In this document: positions 10,821 to 20,600 of the stretch, piece by piece
Layout of the letters: every line of letters begins with the position of its first letter
How positions within the stretch are numbered: position 1 is the first letter of the stretch
NCBI GenBank assembly: GCA_963775685.1
Contig: CAVZJV010000014.1
Coordinates: 2,112,001 to 2,176,000, forward strand
Source: Candidatus Bathyarchaeota archaeon
GTDB taxonomy: Archaea > Thermoproteota > Bathyarchaeia > Bathyarchaeales > Bathycorpusculaceae
DNA length: 64,000 bases
Direction: 5' to 3'
Made by a program: the position numbers and the translations under genes
The notes under the pieces: model-generated
Told to the model about the DNA's origin: nothing
What the model saw: the letters and a program-made list of their open reading frames with translations, nothing else
Databases searched by the model: none

Positions 10821-11224
10821 GCGCTCCCAACAACAAGCGGAACGAGAAATGGGCAATTGTCCACATATTCAGTAGCTACAACAACACCTTAATCCACATA
10901 ACCGACATATCTGGTGCAGAAACCATCTCTCGCACCACAGGTGGCATGTTCGTCAAAGCTGACCGCATGGAGTCGTCCCCATACGCTGCTATGCGTGCAT
11001 CTACAGCCGCAGCCGAAATAGCTAGGGACAAGGGAATAACAGCCATCCACATCAAAGTCCGCGCTCCAGGTGGCGCAGGACCAAGAACTCCCGGACCAGG
11101 TGCCCAAGCAGCTATTCGAGCATTAGCCAGATTTGGTTTCCGCATTGAACGTATTGAAGAAGTTACACCAATTCCCCATGATGGTACAAGAAGGCCCGGT
11201 GGCCGAAGAGGCAGAAGAGTCTAA
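10817..11224 (+). CDS. rps11: 30S ribosomal protein S11 (probable CTG start)
   Basis: Frame of ORF 10946 extends upstream through the conserved [26 protein letters not shown]; in-frame TAG at 10769; no ATG/GTG/TTG in between; CTG overlaps the rps4 TGA. Confidence 0.93.
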   Translation: MSAPNNKRNEKWAIVHIFSSYNNTLIHITDISGAETISRTTGGMFVKADRMESSPYAAMRASTAAAEIARDKGITAIHIKVRAPGGAGPRTPGPGAQAAIRALARFGFRIERIEEVTPIPHDGTRRPGGRRGRRV

Positions 11225-11274
11225 TCTGCATTATCTCCCTTTATTTGATAGTAAATTATTGGAGTGTCTAGCAA

Positions 11275-12090
11275 GTGAAAATAGAAGTCCTTGAAAAAAC
11301 CGATACCAACCTCCGTATAGTCGTCAGAGATACCGACGTGCCCTTAATGAATGCTCTGAGGCGCATAGCACTTGCTGAAGTTCCCTGCATGGCGATCGAA
11401 GAAGTAGTCATGATAGAAAACTCCTCAATTCTCCAAGACGAAATAATAGCCCACAGACTGGGACTCACTCCCCTCAAGACTGATTTAGACGCGTACAATC
11501 TTCCTGAAGAATGCGAATGCAAAAGCGAATTCGGCTGTACACAGTGTCGCGTCACATTAACTCTTGACGCAGAGGCAAAGGATGGTACAAGAACAGTTTA
11601 CTCAGGAGAGATTGTGTCTGAAAACCAGGAAATCGTACCTGTCTCAGACAAAATTCCTATAATTAAACTAGCAAAAAACCAGAAACTAAAGCTTGAAGCC
11701 TACGCGAGGCTTGGGAAGGGTAAAACACATGCCAAGTGGCAGCCAGTTTCCATGTGCGCATACAAATATTACCCAAAAATAGCAACTCCAACTGGCAAAT
11801 GTGAAGGATGCCAAAAATGCGCTGACATCTGTCCCAAGAAAGTATACGTTGTCAAGGACGAGAAAATTGAAGTCCGCGACCTCATGGCCTGTAATCTTTG
11901 CATGGACTGTGTTGACGCTTGCCCACAGAAGCCTTCACCTCTAAAAGTTGAATGGGAAAAGAACGCTTTTGTTATGAACGTAGAGTCTACTGGTGCGCTT
12001 CTTCCGGATCGTGTCTTAAAAGAAGCCACTAAACTGTTAGGTAAACAACTAAACGAGTTTGAAGAACTAATAAAGGCTGAACCACAATGA
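11275..12090 (+). CDS. rpo3: DNA-directed RNA polymerase subunit Rpo3 (D) with ferredoxin-like domain
   Basis: MNALRRI, EIIAHRLGL, HAKWQP; two CxxCxxCxxxCP motifs. Confidence 0.97.
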   Translation: MKIEVLEKTDTNLRIVVRDTDVPLMNALRRIALAEVPCMAIEEVVMIENSSILQDEIIAHRLGLTPLKTDLDAYNLPEECECKSEFGCTQCRVTLTLDAEAKDGTRTVYSGEIVSENQEIVPVSDKIPIIKLAKNQKLKLEAYARLGKGKTHAKWQPVSMCAYKYYPKIATPTGKCEGCQKCADICPKKVYVVKDEKIEVRDLMACNLCMDCVDACPQKPSPLKVEWEKNAFVMNVESTGALLPDRVLKEATKLLGKQLNEFEELIKAEPQ

Positions 12091-12449
12091 GACAAACCAA
12101 AACTACAAACCCACAATTGATCAATCTTATAGGTCTTCTAAAGAAGGAAAGCCGCGAGAAACAGGCAGCTATCTGGCTAGATGTTGCTGACCACTTGGCA
12201 AAATCACGCAGCCAAAGTGTGTCCGTTAATTTAAGCCAGCTAAACAGGCACACAAAAAAAGCAGATTTTGTGGTTGTTCCAGGCAAAATCTTGGGTGCAG
12301 GCAGCATTGACCACGCGTTAACTGTGGCTTCCTTTGGCATCTCTGAAGCCGCAAAGGCAAAGCTTGAGGCTGTAAAAGCGAAACACCTCACGATTCCTGA
12401 GTTGATGGAGAAAAACCCTAAAGGCTCAAACGTTAAAATTATTCGGTGA
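12087..12449 (+). CDS. rpl18e: 50S ribosomal protein L18e
   Basis: TTNPQL, VVVPGKILGAG, NPKGSNVKII. Confidence 0.96.
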   Translation: MRQTKTTNPQLINLIGLLKKESREKQAAIWLDVADHLAKSRSQSVSVNLSQLNRHTKKADFVVVPGKILGAGSIDHALTVASFGISEAAKAKLEAVKAKHLTIPELMEKNPKGSNVKIIR

Positions 12450-12904
12450 AAAATATGCAAGCAACAAGAAAACCATCAGTTACATTGGTAAACGCTGAGG
12501 GCTTAATCGTTGGCCGCATGTGCAGTAAAGTTGCCAAAAGATTGCTAAACGGCGAAGAAGTAATCATACTTAACGCGGAGAAAGCCGTTTTCTCGGGTAA
12601 ACGCAAAAGCAAAGTCGCTGAAGCCCACCTATTCCTTGAAGTTGGCGCTCCACAACGCGGTCCATTCCACTATCGAAGACCTGACCGCTTTCTACGAAAG
12701 ACCGTTCGCGGCATGCTCCCCTTCAAGCAGCCTAAAGGCAAAAACGCCTATAAACGACTAAAAGTGTTCATGGGGATCCCACTTGAGCTTAAAGACAAAG
12801 AAATGATTACATTCACAGAAGCTTCAGTAGCCGATCTCAAGGGTCCACATTTTACCCTGGGAGAAATGGCGACTGAAATCGGATGGAGAAACAGGATGGA
12901 ATAA
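12446..12904 (+). CDS. rpl13: 50S ribosomal protein L13
   Basis: GRMCSKVAK, GPFHYRRP, VRGMLP. Confidence 0.96.
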   Translation: MKNMQATRKPSVTLVNAEGLIVGRMCSKVAKRLLNGEEVIILNAEKAVFSGKRKSKVAEAHLFLEVGAPQRGPFHYRRPDRFLRKTVRGMLPFKQPKGKNAYKRLKVFMGIPLELKDKEMITFTEASVADLKGPHFTLGEMATEIGWRNRME

Positions 12905-12906
12905 TT

Positions 12907-13317
12907 ATGCCCGCAAAAAAAGTCTTAGTTGTTAGTGGAAAACGAAAAACCGCAGTTGCCCGTGCCATAGTTAAACAAGGCGTTGGCAAAGTACGAATAA
13001 ACTTAACTCCAGTTGAAATAGTTGAACCTGATATTGCTCGAGCAAAAATCATGGAACCCCTCTTGCAGGCAGGTGGTGACGTTTGGCAACAACTTGACAT
13101 GGACGTTAAGACCAGCGGCGGAGGTTACATGGGACAGGCAGAAGCAGCCCGCATGGCAATCTCAAACGCACTCCTAAAATGGACAAGGAGCACGCACCTG
13201 CGCACAGTTTTTAACGAGTACGACCGAACCATGATTGCTGGAGACAGCCGGACCAAAGAAACAAAGAAAGTCGGCGGAGCAGGCGCACGATCCAAAGAAC
13301 AGAAAAGCTACAGATAA
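12907..13317 (+). CDS. rps9: 30S ribosomal protein S9
   Basis: [19 protein letters not shown]-terminal QKSYR; start moved to ATG 12907. Confidence 0.97.
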   Translation: MPAKKVLVVSGKRKTAVARAIVKQGVGKVRINLTPVEIVEPDIARAKIMEPLLQAGGDVWQQLDMDVKTSGGGYMGQAEAARMAISNALLKWTRSTHLRTVFNEYDRTMIAGDSRTKETKKVGGAGARSKEQKSYR

Positions 13318-13330
13318 GGAGAAAACAAGA

Positions 13331-13561
13331 ATGATTATTCCCGTTAGATGCTTCACTTGCGGCAAATTGGTTGGTGACCGATGGGATGAATTCACACGCC
13401 GCATCAAGACAGGCGAGAACGCCAGCGATGTATTGGACAGCTTGGGATTGAAACGATACTGTTGTCGACGTATGTTGCTCTCTAACGTGGAAATCATCGA
13501 CGAAGTGTTGCGGTTCTACGAAGAAGCAGAGAAGCGTAAAGAAGCCCACAACTTCTACTAA
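13331..13561 (+). CDS. rpo10: DNA-directed RNA polymerase subunit Rpo10 (N)
   Basis: [12 protein letters not shown]...RYCCRRML. Confidence 0.97.
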   Translation: MIIPVRCFTCGKLVGDRWDEFTRRIKTGENASDVLDSLGLKRYCCRRMLLSNVEIIDEVLRFYEEAEKRKEAHNFY

Positions 13562-13826
13562 CTATTTCTTTAAATTATTGACAATTTATGCCCAAAAAGT
13601 TAGATCAATCTCTGTGTGACCTGTCCCTCTCTTTAAATGGAGATCATTCGTGGATACTGCCTTTTACTCGATGACTTTCCACCCAAAATGAAACAATTAA
13701 TTCTATATCGAAAAAAGGTTCATTAAGGATAGCTTTCATGATTCTGTGCAAAAGATGTGGATTCTAAAGTGTTGAAAGCCAGACATAGCCTAAATATGAA
13801 AAACATCTGAAACAAGTAAAGAAGAG

Positions 13827-14630
13827 TTAGTGGGAGTATAGTTTTTCGTAAGGTCTCTTTGAGAGTGGCAGTATCTTTTTGAATTTACTAGTGAGAATTA
13901 CTCTGGGGTCGGCACCGAAATGGCTACAGTATTCGTTGACTAAGCCTTCGATTGTGTTCATGTCGCGTTTGCCCACCGGTTGGGTTTTAGTTCCATTTAC
14001 AGGTTCGAGGATGTCGCCGCGTTCGTAGATAACTCCGCCATGCATGCCTGTTCCCACAAACCTTGCTTTGCATTTGTCGCCTTCTTTTAGGTTTAGGCCC
14101 AAGATAAGAATAACTCCTCCTGCCATGTACTCTGCGAGGAAGTCGCCTGCTGTTTCACCGATGACGATTTGGGGAATTTTACGTTGGTACTCTTTCATGT
14201 GTATTCCGACTCGGTAGCCGACGTAGTCTTTGACGAAGATTTTGCCGCCTCGCATTGAGTGACCCGTTAAGTCTCCAGCGTGTCCATGAACGATTATTTG
14301 TCCATCGTTCATGGTGTTACCGCTTGCGTCTTGTGCACTGCCGTGGATTACCATTTTTGGTCCGCTCATAAACGCGCCAAGGTCATTGCCGGGGGTTCCG
14401 TAAACGTCGATTTGTATTGTAGTATCTAAATCTGTTCCAAGGTATCTTTGTCCGCAAACGTTGTGCAGTTCTATGCGTTCCACGTCACCTGTGATTACTG
14501 CTCTAAGGAGACAGTTTAGTTCTCTGTAGTAGAGTCCTTCCGCGTTGATTTTGACTAATTTGCCTTCAGTTTTTATTCGAGGCTGGTACTTTGTGTCGAT
14601 TTCTAAGGGTTTACATTTTTGTTGTTGCAT
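13827..14630 (-). CDS. Glutamate synthase domain 3 (GXGXG/FwdC-like) subunit
   Basis: GQRYLG, GNDLGAFM, GNTMNDG, AEYMAGG, GTGMHGG repeats. Confidence 0.88.
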   Translation of the reverse strand: MQQQKCKPLEIDTKYQPRIKTEGKLVKINAEGLYYRELNCLLRAVITGDVERIELHNVCGQRYLGTDLDTTIQIDVYGTPGNDLGAFMSGPKMVIHGSAQDASGNTMNDGQIIVHGHAGDLTGHSMRGGKIFVKDYVGYRVGIHMKEYQRKIPQIVIGETAGDFLAEYMAGGVILILGLNLKEGDKCKARFVGTGMHGGVIYERGDILEPVNGTKTQPVGKRDMNTIEGLVNEYCSHFGADPRVILTSKFKKILPLSKRPYEKLYSH

Positions 14631-14633
14631 TTT

Positions 14634-16145
14634 TTAGGCTCCTGCCATTTTAATGCCAAGTATCTTGAGTTCAGTCTTGGTCAAACCGACGCCTCGCAGG
14701 GCTAGTCGGTTTCCACGCAGGCTTTCAATGGCGTTTATGCCCATTCCGCCCATCATATCCTTAATTTCAAGACTCCAGCTGTTGAGCAAGTTAACGAGTC
14801 GTTTGGATGCGATGTCGGGATTGATGCGTTTGCTAATCCACGGGTCACTGGTTGCGATACCCCATGGGCATTTGCCCGTGTAGCAACGTTGGCAAACCGT
14901 GCAGCCTATAGCAATCAAAGCGGCAGTTCCAATATATACTGCATCAGCACCCAAAGCTATCGCTTTAAACACATCTGCTGCACCTCGGAATCCTCCAGCC
15001 GCCACAATGGAAGCATTATTTCTTATGCCTTCATCGCGAAGTCTTTGGTCTACTTGTGCAATGGCTAACTCGATGGGGATTCCTACGTTATCTCGAATGA
15101 CTTTAGGTGCTGCGCCTGTGGCCCCTCTAATACCGTCAAGGGCGATGATGTCTGCACCAGCCCGTACCATGCCGCTTGCGATTGCGGGTACATTGTGGAC
15201 CGCTGCGATTTTTACAGAGATGGGTTTGGTGTAGTTTGTGGCTTCCTTAAGGGCATAGATTAATTGACCAAGGTCCTCGATTGAATAGATGTCGTGTTGA
15301 GGTGCTGGTGAGAGTGCGTCTGTGCCTTGGGGAATCATGCGAGTTTTTGCTACGTGCTCGGTGACTTTTTCACCTGGCAAGTGACCGCCGATGCCTGGTT
15401 TTGCGCCTTGGCCGATCTTGATTTCGACGGCTGCGCCTGCGTCAAGATAGCCAGCGTGGACTCCGAATCTGCCCGAAGCAACCTGTACGATAGTGTGGGC
15501 ACCATACTTGTAGAGGCTCTTGTCTAATCCTCCTTCACCCGTGTTCCAATAAGTTCCACATTCTGTTGCGGCACGAGCCAAGGATTCATGCACATTTAAG
15601 CTGACTGCGCCATAAGACATAGCTGAAAACATGATTGGCGTATCCAAGCAAAGTTGGGGAGTCAACTGAGTTTTTAATATTGTCTCACCGTTTTCAACTG
15701 TTAAATCTAAGCGGTCGGGTTTTGCTCCAAGGTATGTGCGGATTTCCATGGGTTCACGCAACGGGTCGATTGATGGGTTTGTGACCTGGCTTGCGTTTAA
15801 GAGTAGTCGATCCCAGTACGTATATTCTGGTTTGTCGCAGCCCATGCCCGTTAAGATTACGCCTCCGCTTTCAGCTTGCTTTTTCACATCGCGGATTGCT
15901 TCCATTCTCCAGTTAGCGTTTTCTCTGCTGACGTTCGGATTCTTTTTGATTGTTATGGCATGGGTGGGGCAGAAAGTTACGCATCGCTGACAATTGACGC
16001 AGTTCTCATCTTTGCTGCAGATGGTGTCGGTTTCTGCATCGTAGGAATGGGTTTCGTAAGTGCATTGGTTAACGCATACTTTGCAGCGTATACAACGTTT
16101 CTCGTCTCGTTCAACTAAGTATTCAGGTATTAAGTAGGTTTTCAT
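14634..16145 (-). CDS. Archaeal-type glutamate synthase FMN-binding subunit with N-terminal ferredoxin domain
   Basis: Two CxxCxxCxxxC motifs; MSYGA, NTGEGG, QVASGRFG, EIKIGQGAKPGIGG, CTVCQRCYTGKCPWG; start moved to ATG 16145. Confidence 0.93.
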   Translation of the reverse strand: MKTYLIPEYLVERDEKRCIRCKVCVNQCTYETHSYDAETDTICSKDENCVNCQRCVTFCPTHAITIKKNPNVSRENANWRMEAIRDVKKQAESGGVILTGMGCDKPEYTYWDRLLLNASQVTNPSIDPLREPMEIRTYLGAKPDRLDLTVENGETILKTQLTPQLCLDTPIMFSAMSYGAVSLNVHESLARAATECGTYWNTGEGGLDKSLYKYGAHTIVQVASGRFGVHAGYLDAGAAVEIKIGQGAKPGIGGHLPGEKVTEHVAKTRMIPQGTDALSPAPQHDIYSIEDLGQLIYALKEATNYTKPISVKIAAVHNVPAIASGMVRAGADIIALDGIRGATGAAPKVIRDNVGIPIELAIAQVDQRLRDEGIRNNASIVAAGGFRGAADVFKAIALGADAVYIGTAALIAIGCTVCQRCYTGKCPWGIATSDPWISKRINPDIASKRLVNLLNSWSLEIKDMMGGMGINAIESLRGNRLALRGVGLTKTELKILGIKMAGA

Positions 16146-17284
16146 TACACTGAGTCTCCAACGAGGATTTCTGCAGCCCTCTGGCTGTTGTTTTTTAATC
16201 TGGCAACCACGGGTTCGCCGCCTCGGGGGCACCAAAACTTGTCTATGGTTGGAGAAACCAGTCGCATAGCTGATTCCTCAGAGGACAAGTACACGTAGTC
16301 ATCGTGTGTGCCTGCGACCATAGGTCGCAGTTTGATTCTATCGGTTAACCCTATCATTTCGCCATGGTGCGCGATGACTATGCTGAATGGTCCGTTCATG
16401 AGTAGGCTTCCGTAGGTTTGACGAAGGGTTCTTAGCAAGTTTGCTTGTTTGGGGTCCATATTGTCTATTTCACTCCAAAGTGGAGCAGCCAGCACTTGAG
16501 CCACCAAATCAATGGGTAGGCGTTGTCTTCTCATGAGCAAATCCACGGCGTACGCTAACACTTCAGTATCTGTTTGCATGGTGCATTTGTAACCGTACAT
16601 TTCCAAATAGCGACGGTTTATGCCGTACGATGACAGCTCACCGTTATGCACAACTGTCCAATCCAGAATGTTGAATGGGTGTGCTCCGCCCCACCAACCG
16701 GGGGTGTTTGTGGGAAATCGGCTGTGGCATGACCAAAGGTATCCTTGGTAATCTTCTAAACAGAAGAACTCTGCAACATCTTCCGGAAAACCGACGCCTT
16801 TGAAGACGCCCATGTCTTTGCCGCTTGAGAAGACAAATGCCTTGCCTGTTTCAGTGTTAATCCGCATGACCGCTTCTATCACGTAATCTTCTTCAGTTTG
16901 GTTTTCTGGTCTTTGTTTTTTGGGTTCAACAAAGTAACGCCAGACTAATGGGGGGTTGCGTACTTTGGCAGGTTTTGTTTGCATTTCTTCGTCGAAAACT
17001 ATGTCAAATTTTGAAGCGAGGATGCGGTCGGTTTTCTCTTTGGCGTCCTTGCTTAGGTACATTACATGGAATGCGTAGCAATATTTGAATTGTGGATATA
17101 TGCCGTAGACTGCGAAACCTCCTCCTAAGCCGTTTCCGCGGTCATGCATGTTTGCCATGGCGCGAACGGGGTCTTTTGAGCCGAAACGTTTGCCTTCAGT
17201 GTTCATAGCAGCGAATATGCCACAGGCTGAGAAATCCTTGTCGTCGCCGAATGGGTTGATTACTTTTCTGTCATTTTGATTCAT
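16145..17284 (-). CDS. Glutamate synthase glutamine amidotransferase (class II) subunit
   Basis: Propeptide then CGIF nucleophile; HSRFPTNT, AHPF, HNGE, DTE, DRIKLRP. Confidence 0.92.
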   Translation of the reverse strand: MNQNDRKVINPFGDDKDFSACGIFAAMNTEGKRFGSKDPVRAMANMHDRGNGLGGGFAVYGIYPQFKYCYAFHVMYLSKDAKEKTDRILASKFDIVFDEEMQTKPAKVRNPPLVWRYFVEPKKQRPENQTEEDYVIEAVMRINTETGKAFVFSSGKDMGVFKGVGFPEDVAEFFCLEDYQGYLWSCHSRFPTNTPGWWGGAHPFNILDWTVVHNGELSSYGINRRYLEMYGYKCTMQTDTEVLAYAVDLLMRRQRLPIDLVAQVLAAPLWSEIDNMDPKQANLLRTLRQTYGSLLMNGPFSIVIAHHGEMIGLTDRIKLRPMVAGTHDDYVYLSSEESAMRLVSPTIDKFWCPRGGEPVVARLKNNSQRAAEILVGDSV

Positions 17285-18564
17285 TATTGTACCACACTCA
17301 TTTTTCGTTGAAGAGTAACAGGCAGAACTGCCCAGCCGAAATCGTCTCTTAGTAGGTCTTGCTTGAACTTTTTCACGTTAACTTGCTTCTTTATCAGGTT
17401 GAAGAGAATTCCAGCGCGGTCGATGCAGTTAACCAGGGTCATGCCTACAATTACGTTGTTTTTGAGAACCATTTTCTTGTACACATTATTCTCTTTGTCT
17501 TCTTTAACGAGTACTTCCAGCGTTGGGTCATCTTTGGAGTTTGCTAAGCCGATTGAGACGATGGGTATGCCGAAGTACTTTAGACTACTCATGTTAGTGC
17601 CGCCTTCATAGCTGGTTTTTTTGCCAGCCATATTGTAGCCTGCGACTCTGCCTTCCAAAACCGCCAAAGGCCAAAGCGGCAAAAGTCGATTCTGGTTGAG
17701 GATGAAATCGTAAGCCTCTGCAACATCACCGCTAGCGTAGACATCGGGTAAATTGGTCTGCATCCAATTGTCCACAATTATGCCTCGGTTTAGTTTCACA
17801 GCAGTTCCCGTCACAAGTTCGGTTCTTGGAATAACGCCGATGGCAACGACAACTAGATCACAGATCACTTGGTCACCTTTGGTCAAGATTACCCCTCCAA
17901 CCGCGCTGTCATTTCCGGGTTTACCGATGATTTTTTGCACCGACTGCCCGGTTGCAAAGTTTACGCCTGCTTTTCTGATGACTGCTTCAACGATGTCTGA
18001 TGCTTTGGCATCTAAGAGCAAACTTAGGATTTTTTCTTGAAGTTCAACAACAGTGACTTTTATACCACGTTTAACCAGTGCTTCGGTCACGCTTATGCCG
18101 ATTAAACCTGCCCCGATAACTACTGCGCTCTTGGCTTGTAAGCTGTTGATCTTTGAGGCTAAAGTCTGGGCGTCGTTAAGGCTCGTGAAGGTAAATACGC
18201 CTTCTTTGTCTTGGCCTTCCATTTTAGGAACGAAGGGTTTTCCGCCTGTGGCAAGCAAAAGCTTATCATAAGCTACTTTTTCGCCGTCGTCTAAACTGAC
18301 AGTTTTGTCGGTTAAGTTCAGACTGACTGCTTTTTTGCCTAATCGCATTTCTGCATTAATTTCCTCCCAGAAACTATCAGCTTTACACTTCATTTTTTGG
18401 AGATCTGCTTTGCCGCTGACCAAATCGCTAATCATTGGTCGACTATAATGGGCACATGATTCTTCTGTGATTACTGTTATTGCGCCGGTTGGGTCAACTT
18501 TTCTTATGGCTTCAACTGCGGCTACGCCTGCTGCTGAGGCCCCAACAATCACGTACTTTGCCAT
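17284..18564 (-). CDS. NAD(P)/FAD-dependent oxidoreductase (NirB/rubredoxin-reductase-like)
   Basis: VIVGASAAG, LLATG, VIGAGLIG, YASGD motifs. Confidence 0.88.
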   Translation of the reverse strand: MAKYVIVGASAAGVAAVEAIRKVDPTGAITVITEESCAHYSRPMISDLVSGKADLQKMKCKADSFWEEINAEMRLGKKAVSLNLTDKTVSLDDGEKVAYDKLLLATGGKPFVPKMEGQDKEGVFTFTSLNDAQTLASKINSLQAKSAVVIGAGLIGISVTEALVKRGIKVTVVELQEKILSLLLDAKASDIVEAVIRKAGVNFATGQSVQKIIGKPGNDSAVGGVILTKGDQVICDLVVVAIGVIPRTELVTGTAVKLNRGIIVDNWMQTNLPDVYASGDVAEAYDFILNQNRLLPLWPLAVLEGRVAGYNMAGKKTSYEGGTNMSSLKYFGIPIVSIGLANSKDDPTLEVLVKEDKENNVYKKMVLKNNVIVGMTLVNCIDRAGILFNLIKKQVNVKKFKQDLLRDDFGWAVLPVTLQRKMSVVQ

Positions 18565-19008
18565 TTAGGGTCGCACCTCTTTGAATACCAGCGCTTGATT
18601 TGGGCAGTTAGCAACGCATGCTGGCTCTTCTAAGCCTTGGCAAAGGTCACATTTGGTGACGACTTTGCCTTCCTTGTCCATGATTAGAGCACCATATGGG
18701 CAAACCATGACACAGGTCCAGCAGCCAATACATTTGTCTTTGTTGTGTCTAACTTCACCAGTTTTGGGGTCTTTTGTCATAGCTCCAGCTAGGCAGGCAG
18801 TTACGCATGGTGCATCTTCGCAGTGACGACACTGGATGGCAAATGAGATGGGTTTGTTGACTTCGCGTCTGATTCTGCTGATGGGTTTGGGGTGTTCGCT
18901 GTTGTAGGCTTTAACTATGTCTTTTGTTTTAGAATGAGCTGTTGTGCAGTAGACTTCACACAGTCCACATCCCATGCATGCTTCTTGTTTTGCGATTATT
19001 TTCTTCAT
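18565..19008 (-). CDS. CooF-like 4Fe-4S polyferredoxin
   Basis: Four cysteine clusters: CMGCGLCEVYC, CRHCEDAPCVTAC, CIGCWTCVMVCP, CDLC..PACVANCP. Confidence 0.9.
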   Translation of the reverse strand: MKKIIAKQEACMGCGLCEVYCTTAHSKTKDIVKAYNSEHPKPISRIRREVNKPISFAIQCRHCEDAPCVTACLAGAMTKDPKTGEVRHNKDKCIGCWTCVMVCPYGALIMDKEGKVVTKCDLCQGLEEPACVANCPNQALVFKEVRP

Positions 19009-19269
19009 TCTTAAACATCTCTATTTTTTGTTAGCGGGGGCAAGTGAGCATTAACAAATGGAGGTCAGTGTCGTTTGTGCAAAGAACGCCTTTGCTGGTT
19101 GTCAATTGATTATTATTTATTATTATTATTTTACATATGTTTGATGGCATTTTATTGCCCTCTTTTTGGGAGATAGCCCACCAAATAACATGTATTCTAT
19201 ATAACTTTGTTGAAAATCATTTATATGTACCTTAAGGAAATATGTAATCTAAATGAAACATTTACCACG

Positions 19270-20382
19270 GTGAATGGTTTGGCAGAAAAAGACCTCGGGT
19301 ATAGACGAGTTCAGTGCACAGGCAGAGGCTCCTTCATAATCTCTCTCCCTAAAGAATGGGTAGAAGACCTAGGTCTAAAACGTGGAAGCGAAATCGCCTT
19401 CAATGTTCAACCCGACTCCACCTTAACCCTTGTTCCAAGAAAAATCATGGAAAAAGAAGGCAGAGAAGACGGCAACAAACCCAAAGAATACTATATAAAC
19501 ATAGACCCAAAGGAACCCCCACAGTCAACCATCCGCATGATCCGAGCATTGTATGCCATAGGCGCAGACATCATCAGAATTCACTTCAAAAATACCCCCG
19601 ATGCCACAAAAAATAAAAACGAGATAAAAAACCTTGCCCGTGATCACTTTTTGGGCTCAGAAATAATCGAAGAAACAGCTGACGAAATCACTCTTCAAAT
19701 TCTAATCAAACACTCAGAGTTTCCAATCGAAAAGGCTGTCCGAAGAATGGCCATCGTCGCTCTCGCCGCAAACAGAGACGCTATTGCCACCCTAAAAGAC
19801 ATTAGCAACACCCTATTTGACAGTGTCATAAGTGCTCACAACGACGTAAACCGCCTCGGACTCTACATTGTTCGCCAGTTGAAACATGGTATAGAACGCA
19901 ACCTCTACCGTGAACTCGGCTTTAAGACACCCAAGGAATTTCTTCTCTACCGGATAGCCGTAAACGACATAGAAAGCATAGCGCAAAACGCTATGAACAT
20001 CATAAACAACCTCAGTACCCTCCAAAAACTAATCGACAACGAGACTCTGTTTATGAAAGAGGCCGTGGACGAGGAAATATACAATCAACTTGTCTATTTC
20101 AGTTCGCAGGCTCATGAACTCTACGACGACGCTATAAAGGCGCTCTTCAAACGAGACTATAAAGACGCTGAGAAACTAATCTCTAAACGTGAAGCCCTAA
20201 TTCCACTGGAAAACGAGCTTATTATGTTGATGTCAAGCAAAAAAATCGACCCTAACATAGCTTCAGTTCTGCGTCTGATCTTTGAAAGCTCCCGACGCGT
20301 TATGGATTACAGCCGAAATATGGCAGAACTGACACTTAACCGCACCGTAGAAGAGCAATGCTCTATGCTCACAACCAAATAA
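19270..20382 (+). CDS. AbrB-domain PhoU-family regulator
   Basis: RRVQCTGRGSFIISLPKEW AbrB domain plus two PhoU-like helical repeats; start likely GTG 19270 or TTG 19279. Confidence 0.85.
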   Translation: MNGLAEKDLGYRRVQCTGRGSFIISLPKEWVEDLGLKRGSEIAFNVQPDSTLTLVPRKIMEKEGREDGNKPKEYYINIDPKEPPQSTIRMIRALYAIGADIIRIHFKNTPDATKNKNEIKNLARDHFLGSEIIEETADEITLQILIKHSEFPIEKAVRRMAIVALAANRDAIATLKDISNTLFDSVISAHNDVNRLGLYIVRQLKHGIERNLYRELGFKTPKEFLLYRIAVNDIESIAQNAMNIINNLSTLQKLIDNETLFMKEAVDEEIYNQLVYFSSQAHELYDDAIKALFKRDYKDAEKLISKREALIPLENELIMLMSSKKIDPNIASVLRLIFESSRRVMDYSRNMAELTLNRTVEEQCSMLTTK

Positions 20383-20407
20383 TGCTTTTTTCAAAAAAAT
20401 AGGTGAT

Positions 20408-20516
20408 TGGTGCTCCGGCCGGGATTTGGACCCGGGTCCGCGACTCGAGAGGCCGCTATACATAGTCCCCTAATAAGACAACTTAGTAAGGTTTGACCGG
20501 ACTATACTACCGGAGC
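20408..20516 (-). tRNA. tRNA-Glu(CTC) with 31-nt non-canonical intron near position 21/22 and encoded CCA
   Basis: Minus strand GCTCCGGTAGTATAGTCCGGTCAA[ACCTTACTAAGTTGTCTTATTAGGGGACTAT]GTATAGCGGCCTCTCGAGTCGCGGACCCGGGTCCAAATCCCGGCCGGAGCACCA; removing 20462-20492 gives a cloverleaf. Confidence 0.9.
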
Positions 20517-20600
20517 TCGAAAGATGTTTCTCTCTTATAAATAAATACATTGTGTACTTTGCAAACCAAAAACGGGGGCTTCACATATTAACGTCTATGG

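Noticed and set aside
19108-19132. (ATT)n microsatellite-like run
   Set aside because: Short and consistent with an AT-rich promoter region
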